Below, one piece after another: positions 34,663 to 42,764 of a DNA stretch of 54,027 bases. The translations under genes were made by a program, and so were the position numbers. The notes beneath the pieces were generated by a model that saw only the letters and a program-made list of their open reading frames with translations, was not told the origin of the DNA and searched no databases. The stretch is from NCBI GenBank assembly GCA_964386195.1, contig CAYLTE010000004.1:1-54027 (forward strand), given 5' to 3'. The stretch's first letter is position 1; every line of letters starts with the position of its first letter. The DNA is from an uncultured Burkholderiales bacterium. GTDB taxonomy: Bacteria; Pseudomonadota; Gammaproteobacteria; Burkholderiales; SHXO01.

Positions 34663-35892
34663 ATGATGCTGTACGCGCTGCACGAGTTCCAGAAGACCAT
34701 TTCCGCGCCGCTGGTGGCGTGGATCGACACCAGCCACCGCCTGTTCAGCAGTCCCTACAGTCCACTCGCCTACACGCCGGTCAGCCGGCACGTGGCCGCG
34801 AGCAGCGAACTCATGGGGCGGCTCATGCGTTCCTACCACAAGCCGGGTTGGAATATCACGCACGTGAATGCGGGCGGCCGCGACGTCGCAGTGAGCATCG
34901 AGCGCGTGCACGACGAACCGTTCTGCCACTTGCTGCGCTTCCGCAAGGACATGCCCGATCCCGGCAGGAAGGTGCTGATCTTCGCGCCGCTGTCGGGTCA
35001 CCACGCCACGTTGCTGCGCGACACCGTGCGCACCATGCTGCGCGACTTCGACGTCTACATCACCGACTGGGTCGATGCGCGCATGGTGCCGCTGGCGGCG
35101 GGGCCGTTCCACCTCGACGACTACGTGGAGTACTGCAAGCGCTTCATCCGGCTGCTTGGCCCCGGCGTCGCCACCGTGTCGGTGTGCCAGCCCACCGTGC
35201 CGGTGATGGCGGCGATCTCGCTGCTCGCGCAGGAGAACGACCCGTGCACGCCGAGTGCCGCGGTGATGATGGGCGGGCCGATCGACACGCGCCGCAGCCC
35301 GACCGTGGTGAACGAACTTGCGATGGGCCGTCCGCACTCGTGGTTCGAGGACAAGGTCATCTACCGGGTGCCGTTCAACTACCCGGGCTTCATGCGCCGC
35401 GTGTATCCCGGGTTTCTGCAGCACCTGTCGTTCATTGCGATGAATGCCGATCGCCACATCCAGGCGCATCGCGACTTCTTCAACCACCTGGTCGTGGGCG
35501 ACGGCGACAGCGCGGAATCGCACCGCCGCTTCTACGACGAGTACAACGCCGTGCTGGACATGCCGGCGGAATACTACCTCGACACCATTCGCGTGGTGTT
35601 CCAGGAGTTTCTTCTGGCGAAGGGCAAGTGGGAGGTGACCGGAACGCTGGTCGAGCCCGCCGCATTGCGCAAGACCGCGTTGTTCACCGTCGAGGGCGAG
35701 CTGGACGACATCTCCGGCAACGGCCAGACGGAGGCGGCGCACAACCTCGCCACGCGCATTCCGTCGGAGAAGCGCAAGCACCTCCTGGCCAAGGGCGTGG
35801 GCCACTACGGCATCTTCAGCGGACGCAAGTTCCGCGACATGGTCTATCCGCAGATTCGCGATTTCGTGAAGCGCTGGCAGCCTGAGCGCTGA
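34663..35892 (+). CDS. phaZ: intracellular polyhydroxyalkanoate depolymerase
   Basis: ORF 34576..35892 trimmed to MMLYALHEFQKTISAPL..., the typical PhaZ N-terminus (MLYQLHEFQR...). ...GGPIDTRRSPTVVNELA...PGFLQHLSFIAMN...YDEYNAVLDMPAEYYLDTI. The start is plus or minus one codon. Confidence 0.88.
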   Translation: MMLYALHEFQKTISAPLVAWIDTSHRLFSSPYSPLAYTPVSRHVAASSELMGRLMRSYHKPGWNITHVNAGGRDVAVSIERVHDEPFCHLLRFRKDMPDPGRKVLIFAPLSGHHATLLRDTVRTMLRDFDVYITDWVDARMVPLAAGPFHLDDYVEYCKRFIRLLGPGVATVSVCQPTVPVMAAISLLAQENDPCTPSAAVMMGGPIDTRRSPTVVNELAMGRPHSWFEDKVIYRVPFNYPGFMRRVYPGFLQHLSFIAMNADRHIQAHRDFFNHLVVGDGDSAESHRRFYDEYNAVLDMPAEYYLDTIRVVFQEFLLAKGKWEVTGTLVEPAALRKTALFTVEGELDDISGNGQTEAAHNLATRIPSEKRKHLLAKGVGHYGIFSGRKFRDMVYPQIRDFVKRWQPER

Positions 35893-35934
35893 ACACCGCT
35901 TCCTCACGAAGTACGCGCGCTTCACGCATCCACG

Positions 35935-36038
35935 GTGTCATTCCGACCGGAGGGAGGAATCTTCGCCGTGGACGTTGCAAGGCGAGGATCCCTCGCTGAC
36001 GCTCGGGATGGCACCGTTGGGTGCGGTCGGGATGACAC
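35935..36038. repeat. ~100-bp MITE/REP-like element bounded by 14-bp inverted repeats
   Basis: The left end GTGTCATTCCGACC (35935-35948) pairs with the right end GGTCGGGATGACAC (36025-36038), 13/14 complementary. It has internal hairpins (CATTCC...GGAATC, GCGAGG-ATCC-CTCGC). It is related to the GTCATCCCGGC...GCCGGGAT hairpins at 7899 and 41868. The track ORF 35816..36040 is the usual pseudo-ORF such repeats generate. Confidence 0.5.
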
Positions 36039-36135
36039 ACGCTGACGCGCTTCTTCTGCCTCGTGGTTCGCGCACTTCCCGCTACAATCGCCGCAGTTGT
36101 CGCCTAGCAGAGCGGCACATCAACGAGGAGACCTC

Positions 36136-37107
36136 ATGCGGTTCATCCGCCGATTCCTGACTGCGGTCGGCGCCGTCAGCCTGTTGTCGCTGACGGGCGC
36201 AGTGCACGCCGACTACCCGACACGTCCCATCACTTTCATCGTGCCCTGGGGCGCGGGCGGCGGAACCGATGCGGTCGGGCGCATGCTCGCCACGCTGCTC
36301 GAACGCGACCTCGGGCAGCCGGTCAACGTGGTCAATCGCACGGGCGGCAACGGCGTGGTCGGCCACGCGGCGATCTCGGGGGCGCGCCCGGACGGCTATA
36401 CCATCGGGCTGATCACTTCGGAGATCGGCATGATGCACCACCAGGGGCTGACGCGGCTCTCCGGCGCCTTGTTCACGCCGCTGGGGCTGGTGAACATCGA
36501 TTCCGCGGCGATCCAGGTGCGCGCCGATGCGCCCTACAAGTCGCTCAAGGAACTGCTCGACGCGGTGCGCGCCCAACCAGGCAAGTTCAAGGCCTCGGGT
36601 ACCGGATACGGCGGCAGCTGGCATCTCTCCCTCTACGGGCTGCTGCTCGAGCAGAAGATCGATCCGGCGACCGTGCCGTTCGTGCCCAGCGCGAGCAACG
36701 CAGCGGGACTGCTCGATCTCGTGGCCGGCGGTGTGCAGATCGTGCCGGGCTCGCATCCCGAGGCGCGCGCGCTGATGGAAGCGGGCAAGGTGCGCAGTCT
36801 CGCCATCATGGCCGAACGGCCCTCCGCGCTGTTTCCCAAAGTGCCCACGGTCAAGGCGGCGGTGGGCAGCACGTGGATCTCTGGCGTATGGCGCGGCGTG
36901 GCTGCGCCCCGGAAGTTGCCCAAGGACGTCGAGGCGCGACTGCGCGCAGCAGTGAAGAAGGCCTACGAGAGCAAGGAGTACCAGAGCTTCATGAGCGAAC
37001 GCGGCTTCGGTGCCGAGTGGATGGAGCCGCAGGCCTTCGCGCAGTTCATGGCGAAGGAGGACGCGGAACTGGGCAAGCTCATGAAGACCGTCGGCCTGAC
37101 CAAGTAG
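36136..37107 (+). CDS. tctC: tripartite tricarboxylate transporter substrate-binding protein (Bug/TctC family)
   Basis: Trimmed to the ATG at 36136 (MRFIRRFLTAVGAVSLLSLTGAVHA DYPTRPITFIVPWGAGGGTDAVGR...). Confidence 0.9.
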   Translation: MRFIRRFLTAVGAVSLLSLTGAVHADYPTRPITFIVPWGAGGGTDAVGRMLATLLERDLGQPVNVVNRTGGNGVVGHAAISGARPDGYTIGLITSEIGMMHHQGLTRLSGALFTPLGLVNIDSAAIQVRADAPYKSLKELLDAVRAQPGKFKASGTGYGGSWHLSLYGLLLEQKIDPATVPFVPSASNAAGLLDLVAGGVQIVPGSHPEARALMEAGKVRSLAIMAERPSALFPKVPTVKAAVGSTWISGVWRGVAAPRKLPKDVEARLRAAVKKAYESKEYQSFMSERGFGAEWMEPQAFAQFMAKEDAELGKLMKTVGLTK

Positions 37108-37119
37108 AGCAGGGCCGGC

Positions 37120-37593
37120 GTGAAACTGAACGACGGCCTGATCGCCGCGCTGCTGACCGTCTTCGCCCTGGCGCTCCTGGCTCACGTCGCCGACTTTCCC
37201 GACATGCCAGGACAGGCGTTCGGCCCCTCGCTGTTGCCCAGCCTGGTGGCGGTGGGACTGATTCTGTGCAGCATCGCGCTCGCCGTCGGGGCGTTGCGTG
37301 CCAGTCCGCGCCACCCGCTCGTCGAGTGGGATGGGTGGGTGAAGCAGCCACGCAAAGTGCTTGCACTGCTCGCGGTGATCGGGGCGGTCGCCTTCTACAT
37401 CGCGTTCTCGGAGACACTCGGGTTTCTGATCGCCGCGCCGCTCGTGCTTCTCGTCGTGCTGCGCGCGTGCGGTACCGGGTGGCTTGCGGCGATCCCGCTC
37501 GCCGCGATCGTGCCGCTGGGCATTCACTATATTTTCTACACGCTGCTCAAGGTGGCCCTGCCTTGGGGGCTGCTCACCGAGTTCGCCTGGTAG
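37120..37593 (+). CDS. tctB: tripartite tricarboxylate transporter small membrane protein TctB
   Basis: 157 aa, GTG start, four hydrophobic helices, positioned between tctC and tctA. Confidence 0.8.
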   Translation: MKLNDGLIAALLTVFALALLAHVADFPDMPGQAFGPSLLPSLVAVGLILCSIALAVGALRASPRHPLVEWDGWVKQPRKVLALLAVIGAVAFYIAFSETLGFLIAAPLVLLVVLRACGTGWLAAIPLAAIVPLGIHYIFYTLLKVALPWGLLTEFAW

Positions 37594-37602
37594 CGTCAAC
37601 CG

Positions 37603-39096
37603 ATGGACTCGATCGCCCTGGCGTTTTCCCTGGTCGCCGACCCCTACGTGCTCGGCGTCATCCTCGCCGCGTCGCTGTTCGGCCTGTTCGTCGGTGCGAT
37701 CCCGGGCCTGACCGCGACGATGGCGACCGCGCTGCTGGTTCCGGTCACCTTCTTCATGCCGCCGGTGCCGGCGGTGGCCGCCATCGTCAGCTGCACCGCC
37801 ATGGCGATCTTCTCCGGCGACATCCCCGGCGCCCTGCTGCGCATGCCCGGCACCCCGGCGTCCGCGGCCTATACGGACGAAGCGTATCGGATGACGCGCA
37901 AGGGTCAGGCGGAACTGGTGCTGGGCGCCGGTCTCGTGTTCTCCGCCATCGGCGGCCTGCTCGGGACCGCGGTGCTGGTCACCTCCGCACCGGCGCTGGC
38001 CGAGGTCGCTCTCAATTTCAGTTCCTTCGAGTACTTCTGGCTCGTTCTGCTCGGGCTCACGTGCGCGGTGTTCATCGCCTCCGACCGGCCGCTAAAGGGC
38101 CTCGTGTCCCTGTTGCTGGGGCTGCTGCTGGCCACGATCGGGTTGAACAACCCGGCGGCGCACCCGCGCTTCACCTTCGGCTTCGACGATCTGCTCGGGG
38201 GGATCTCCTTCATCCCGCTGATGGTCGGCATGTTCGCGGTGTCGGAAGTGCTGCGCTTCGTCGTCTCGGGCAGCGGGTCGCGCCTGAATCTCGCCCAGGA
38301 ACGCTTCGGCAACATCTTCGCCGGGCAATGGGCGCTGCTGCGCCGCTATCCGCTGGCGATCTTCCGCGGCAGCGCGGTGGGAACCGCCATCGGTGCGCTG
38401 CCGGGAGCGGGCGCGGACATCGCCGCGTGGATCTCGTATGCCATCTCGAAGAAGTTCTCGCGCACGCCCGAGAAGTTCGGGACCGGACACGTCGAGGGCG
38501 TGGTGGAGAGCGGCGCGGCCAACAACGGCGCGCTTTCCGGGGCGTGGATCCCGGCGCTGGTGTTCGGCATCCCGGGCGATTCCATCACTGCCATCGCCAT
38601 CGGCGTGCTCTACATGAAGGGCATGAACCCGGGGCCCACCATCTTCCTGAACAATCCCGAGAACATCTACGCGGTGTTCATGGTGTTCTTCCTGGCCAAC
38701 ATCCTGATGCTGCCGCTCGGGCTGCTGGCCATCAAGCTCTACAAGCAGATCCTGCGGGTGCCGCGCACTGCGCTGATGCCGATCATCCTCGCCTTCTGCA
38801 TGGTGGGTGCCTTCGCCATCAACAATACCGCGTTCGACATCGCCGTCATGCTGGTGGCCGGGGTGGCGGCCTTCTTCATGGAGCGCAACGGCTTTCCCAT
38901 CGCCCCGTTGATCCTGGGCGTGGTGCTCGGTCCGATGTTCGAGGAAAATCTTGCAACGTCGCTGATCAAGGCCGAGGGCAGTTGGTCCGCCTTCTTCGAG
39001 CGACCCATCGCCGCTGGGCTCGGCGTGGTGACCCTGATCGTATGGCTGTCACCGATCGCCCTCAGCATCAGGCGTCGCCGAAGAATGCCGGCGTGA
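37603..39096 (+). CDS. tctA: tripartite tricarboxylate transporter large permease TctA
   Basis: 497 aa. [21 protein letters not shown]...[16 protein letters not shown]... Confidence 0.9.
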   Translation: MDSIALAFSLVADPYVLGVILAASLFGLFVGAIPGLTATMATALLVPVTFFMPPVPAVAAIVSCTAMAIFSGDIPGALLRMPGTPASAAYTDEAYRMTRKGQAELVLGAGLVFSAIGGLLGTAVLVTSAPALAEVALNFSSFEYFWLVLLGLTCAVFIASDRPLKGLVSLLLGLLLATIGLNNPAAHPRFTFGFDDLLGGISFIPLMVGMFAVSEVLRFVVSGSGSRLNLAQERFGNIFAGQWALLRRYPLAIFRGSAVGTAIGALPGAGADIAAWISYAISKKFSRTPEKFGTGHVEGVVESGAANNGALSGAWIPALVFGIPGDSITAIAIGVLYMKGMNPGPTIFLNNPENIYAVFMVFFLANILMLPLGLLAIKLYKQILRVPRTALMPIILAFCMVGAFAINNTAFDIAVMLVAGVAAFFMERNGFPIAPLILGVVLGPMFEENLATSLIKAEGSWSAFFERPIAAGLGVVTLIVWLSPIALSIRRRRRMPA

Positions 39097-39226
39097 GGCC
39101 CGCGCGCCCGGAACCGAATCCGCGCGCACTTGTCACAGCGCTCATCCCGGCGCAGAACCGGTCCCGGAAACGGGGTTCCCAGGCACACAACTCCTCAATC
39201 CTCCGTCCTCAAGAAAGGAGCCTGCA

Positions 39227-39676
39227 ATGCCATCGCTCAAGGTCAACGGCAAGCAAGTAAATCTCGACGTCGAACCCGACATGCCCCTGCTGTGGGCATT
39301 GCGCGACGAACTCGGCCTGACCGGCACCAAGTACGGCTGCGGCGTAGCGGCCTGCGGTGCCTGTACGGTCCATCTCGACGGACAGCCGGTGCGTGCCTGT
39401 GTCATCCCCATGTCGGCGGTCGAGGGCAAGAGCGTGACCACCATCGAGGGGCTGTCGGCAGACGGCAGCCATCCCGTACAGAAGGCCTGGGTGCAGCTGC
39501 AGGTTCCCCAGTGCGGCTACTGCCAGAGCGGGATGATCATGTCGGCCGCGGCGCTGCTCGAGCAGACGCCCAATCCGAGCGACGCCGACATCGAGGCTGG
39601 CATCACCAACCTGTGCCGTTGCGGCACCTATCACCGCGTGCGCGCAGCGATTCACGCCGCCGCCAAGCAGGCTTGA
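39227..39676 (+). CDS. (2Fe-2S)-binding small subunit of an IorAB/aldehyde-oxidoreductase-type molybdenum hydroxylase
   Basis: AAGGAG RBS. 149 aa. [12 protein letters not shown] and [17 protein letters not shown]...[11 protein letters not shown], the two [2Fe-2S] motifs. Confidence 0.9.
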   Translation: MPSLKVNGKQVNLDVEPDMPLLWALRDELGLTGTKYGCGVAACGACTVHLDGQPVRACVIPMSAVEGKSVTTIEGLSADGSHPVQKAWVQLQVPQCGYCQSGMIMSAAALLEQTPNPSDADIEAGITNLCRCGTYHRVRAAIHAAAKQA

Positions 39677-39690
39677 GGGGGGACGAGGCG

Positions 39691-41850
39691 ATGAACCCGA
39701 GATTCAGCGACGAGCGCCGCAGCTTCCTGGTCAAGTCCGCTGCCCTGACCGGCGGCCTCATGCTTGGCGTGCGCCTGCCGGCACAGGCCTATCCCAAACC
39801 TGGCGCGGGCGCGCCCGAGGTCACGCACTGGGTGGTGATCCAGCCTGACGACACGGTCGTCGTTCGCATCGCGCGCTCCGAACTGGGGCAGGGCACCTTC
39901 ACCGGGCTCGCGCAGCTCGTGGCCGAGGAACTGGAAGCCGACTGGAGCCAGGTCCGGGCCGAATACGCGGACGTGAACGATCACATCCGGCGCAACCGTA
40001 TCTTCGGCTCGATGTCGACCGGGGGCAGCCGCGGTATCCGCGATTCCCAGAAGTACATGCGCGAGGCCGGCGCCGCCGCGCGGCAGATGCTGGTGGCGGC
40101 TGCAGCCGAGGAGTGGGGCGTGCCGGCGGCGGAGTGCAGTGTGTCCAAGGGCGTGATCTCCCATCCCAGCGGCAAGTCCACCACGTTCGGCAAGGTCGCC
40201 GACGCCGCCTCCAAGCTCGAACCGCCGAAGGAGCCCAAGCTCAAGGACCCGAACGCGTGGAAGATCATCGGCACCTCGCCGGCGCGCTTCGACATCCCTG
40301 ACAAGACCACCGGCAAGCAGATCTATGCTGCCGACGTGCGCCTGCCCGGCATGCTGCACGCGTCCGTCGCGCAGGTGCCGGTGTTCGGCGGCAAGCTCGT
40401 GCGCTACGACGAATCGAAGATCAAGGGCATGCGCGGCGTGAAGAAGGTCGTCGCGGGTCCCGACTGGGTTGCGGTGGTGGCCGACAACTGGTGGCGTGCC
40501 AACCAGGCGCTGAAGGCCATGCCCATCGAGTGGGACGAGGCCGAGAACGGCAAGGTGTCGAGCGAGTCGATCATGCAGTTCCTGCGCACCGGCGTGGACG
40601 ACGAGCAGGCGCCGGTCGCGCGCAAGGACGGCGACTTCGATGCGATCGCTGCCAAGGCGGCCAAGGTGATCGAGGCCGAGTACTACAACCCGTTCATGAA
40701 CCACGCCACGATGGAGCCGCAGACGGCGACCGCGGTGGTCACCGACGACAAGGTGGAGGTGTGGTGCGGCACGCAGAATGGCGAGGCGACGATGGCGGCC
40801 GCCTCGGAAGCGGCTGGCATTCCGCTGGAGCAGGTGTACGTGCACAAGATGCACGCCGGCGGCGGCTTCGGACGGCGCGGCACCCATCAGGAGTACACCA
40901 AGCAGGCGGTGCTCATTGCGCAACAGATGCGCGGTACGCCGGTTCGCGTGCAGTGGTCGCGCGAGGAGGACATGCAGCAGGGCCGATACCGTCCGGTGAG
41001 CCTGGTCAAGCTGCGCGGCGCGCTCGACGCGCAGGGCAACTGGATCGGCTGGCACGTGCGCCAGGCCGACCAGTCCATCCTGAGCACGGTGCGTATCCCG
41101 AGCCTGGAGATCAAGAACGGCGTCGACCCGATCAACACGCGCTGCTTCTCGGACAATCCCTACCAGGTGGCGAACTTCACCAACCAGTACGCCATGCGCA
41201 ACACGCACGTGCCGCCGGGATTCTGGCGCGCAGTGGCGCACACCAACAATCCGATTGCGCGCGAGTGCTTCATCGACGAACTGGCCGCCGCGGCCGGCAA
41301 GGATCCGTACGAGTTCCGGCGGACGATGCTGCAGGGGAAGAAGGACCTGGGCGTGCTCGACGCCGTGGCGAAGGCGGCCGGTTGGGGCAGCCCGTTGCCG
41401 GCCGGCGTGCATCGCGGCATCGCCGTGGTCGATTCCTACGGCAGCTTCACTGCGGCCGTGGTCGAACTCGCGATGAAGGATGCGACCACCATCGACGTCA
41501 AGCGCGTGGTACTGGGCATCGACTGCGGACACGTCTGTCACCGCGATGCGGTGATCGCGCAGATCGAGGGTGGCGTGATCTGGGGCCTGAGCGCGCTGAT
41601 GCACGAGGAGATCACCATCGAGAACGGCCGCGTCGTGCAGTCGAACTTCACCGACTATCCGCTCCTGCGCCTGTCGGAGACGCCGCCGAAGATCGAAGCG
41701 GTGCTGGCGCCCTCCGGAGGGTTCTGGGGCGGAGTGGGCGAGCCGCCGATCGGCAGCCTGCTGCCGGCGATGGTGAATGCGCTGGCCGTGGCGACTGGCA
41801 AGCGCATCCGCTCCCTGCCGCTGAAGAACCATGGATTCAGCTACGCCTGA
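39691..41850 (+). CDS. molybdopterin-binding large subunit (isoquinoline 1-oxidoreductase beta / aldehyde oxidase family) with Tat signal
   Basis: ORF 39130..41850 trimmed to the ATG at 39691 (MNPRFSDERRSFLVKSAALTGGLMLGV...). ...ELGQGTFTGLAQLVAEEL...GGGFGRRG...GEPPIGSLLPAMVNAL. Confidence 0.9.
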   Translation: MNPRFSDERRSFLVKSAALTGGLMLGVRLPAQAYPKPGAGAPEVTHWVVIQPDDTVVVRIARSELGQGTFTGLAQLVAEELEADWSQVRAEYADVNDHIRRNRIFGSMSTGGSRGIRDSQKYMREAGAAARQMLVAAAAEEWGVPAAECSVSKGVISHPSGKSTTFGKVADAASKLEPPKEPKLKDPNAWKIIGTSPARFDIPDKTTGKQIYAADVRLPGMLHASVAQVPVFGGKLVRYDESKIKGMRGVKKVVAGPDWVAVVADNWWRANQALKAMPIEWDEAENGKVSSESIMQFLRTGVDDEQAPVARKDGDFDAIAAKAAKVIEAEYYNPFMNHATMEPQTATAVVTDDKVEVWCGTQNGEATMAAASEAAGIPLEQVYVHKMHAGGGFGRRGTHQEYTKQAVLIAQQMRGTPVRVQWSREEDMQQGRYRPVSLVKLRGALDAQGNWIGWHVRQADQSILSTVRIPSLEIKNGVDPINTRCFSDNPYQVANFTNQYAMRNTHVPPGFWRAVAHTNNPIARECFIDELAAAAGKDPYEFRRTMLQGKKDLGVLDAVAKAAGWGSPLPAGVHRGIAVVDSYGSFTAAVVELAMKDATTIDVKRVVLGIDCGHVCHRDAVIAQIEGGVIWGLSALMHEEITIENGRVVQSNFTDYPLLRLSETPPKIEAVLAPSGGFWGGVGEPPIGSLLPAMVNALAVATGKRIRSLPLKNHGFSYA

Positions 41851-41867
41851 GCGGAGAGGTGAAACAC

Positions 41868-41895
41868 CTGGGTCCCGGCTTTCGCCGGGATCCAT
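41868..41895. repeat. REP-like hairpin, inverted-orientation copy of the 7899-7926 element
   Basis: CTGGGTCCCGGCTTTCGCCGGGATCCAT, against the reverse complement of the first copy, CTGGATCCCGGCTTTCGCCGGGATGACG. It lies in the 49-nt gap between the Mo-subunit gene and soxY. Confidence 0.6.
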
Positions 41896-41899
41896 TTCC

Positions 41900-42367
41900 A
41901 TGATGGCGGACGGATATTCCCTGCCTCCCCCTCCGCGCCGGCGAACCCTCGGCCTGCTCGCGGGCGCAGCCGCCCTGCTCGTCGTCCGGCCGGCGCGGGC
42001 GACACCGGAGGAACTCGCGAGGATCCTGCGCGAATCCTTCGGCGACCGCCCCATGGGATCGGGCAAGGTGAAGCTGGAACTGCCCAAGCTCGCGGAGAAC
42101 GGTGCCGTCGTGCCGGTGACGGTGAGCGTGGACAGTCCGATGACCGAACTGGACCACGTCCGCAGCATCCGGCTGTTCGCCGAGAAGAACCCGCAGCCGC
42201 GCATCCTCGACGTCGCGCTGGGGCCGCACAACGGCCGCGCTCGCATCGCCTCGCGCATCCGCATCGCCGATTCGCAGCAGATTCTCGCCGTGGCCGAGCT
42301 GAGCGACGGCACGCTGTGGAAGGAGGCGGTACATGTCGAGATCACCGTCGCGGGGTGCGGCCTGTGA
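41900..42367 (+). CDS. soxY: sulfur carrier protein SoxY (Tat signal)
   Basis: ORF 41831..42367 trimmed to the ATG at 41900, so the REP hairpin stays non-coding. RRRTLGLLAGAAALLVVRPARA, then ...LELPKLAENGAVVPVTV......IRIADSQQILAVAELSDGTLWKEAVHVEITVAGCGL. It is colinear with Paracoccus SoxY, and the carrier Cys is in the C-terminal GCG context. The start is uncertain. Confidence 0.82.
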   Translation: MMADGYSLPPPPRRRTLGLLAGAAALLVVRPARATPEELARILRESFGDRPMGSGKVKLELPKLAENGAVVPVTVSVDSPMTELDHVRSIRLFAEKNPQPRILDVALGPHNGRARIASRIRIADSQQILAVAELSDGTLWKEAVHVEITVAGCGL

Positions 42368-42699
42368 GCCGGCTGGGCAACGCCCGGGTGCGTGTTCCGG
42401 AGAAGGCGCGTGCCGACGAGGTGATCGAGATCCGCGCGATGGTGGACCATCCGATGGAGTCGGGCTTCCGGCTCAACAACGTCGGCAAGCCGATCCCGCG
42501 CGAGATCGTCGAGAGCTTCGTATGCGAGTACGACGGGCGCGAGGTGTTTCGCGCGACCATCCATCCGGCGGTCTCGACCAATCCGTATCTCGTCTTCCAC
42601 ATCGTCGCCACGCGCAGCGGCGAAGTGAAGTTCACCTGGCGCGACGATCGCGGCGCGAGCATCAGCCACCAGGCGCAGATCGAAGTGGTTCCGGCCTAG
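42364..42699 (+). CDS. soxZ: SoxZ, partner of SoxY
   Basis: GTG at 42364 overlaps the soxY stop (GTGA). RVRVPEKARADEVIEIRAMVDHPMESGFR....GK.IPREIVESFVCEYDGREVFRATIHPAVSTNPYLVFHIVATRSGEVKFTWRDDRG closely parallels Paracoccus SoxZ. Confidence 0.85.
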   Translation: MSRLGNARVRVPEKARADEVIEIRAMVDHPMESGFRLNNVGKPIPREIVESFVCEYDGREVFRATIHPAVSTNPYLVFHIVATRSGEVKFTWRDDRGASISHQAQIEVVPA

Positions 42700-42764
42700 C
42701 CGCCGTGTAGTACCGGAGCGAAGCTCCGCTGGCCCGCGGACACGGCGCTGGGCTATGCTGCCGT

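Noticed and set aside
35816-36040. 74-aa ORF between phaZ and tctC, and similar short ORFs over the repeat regions (46886..47200, 27564..28019 N-terminal part).
   Set aside because: They coincide with REP/MITE-like hairpin elements, have Arg/Pro-rich nonsense composition and lack an RBS. They are typical repeat-generated pseudo-ORFs.
41831-41899. Longer soxY starting at the ATG at 41831, overlapping the Mo-subunit gene by 20 nt.
   Set aside because: This would place the REP hairpin (41868-41895) inside the coding sequence and add 23 residues before an already complete Tat n-region. ATG 41900 is preferred, but neither start has a clear Shine-Dalgarno, so this remains uncertain.
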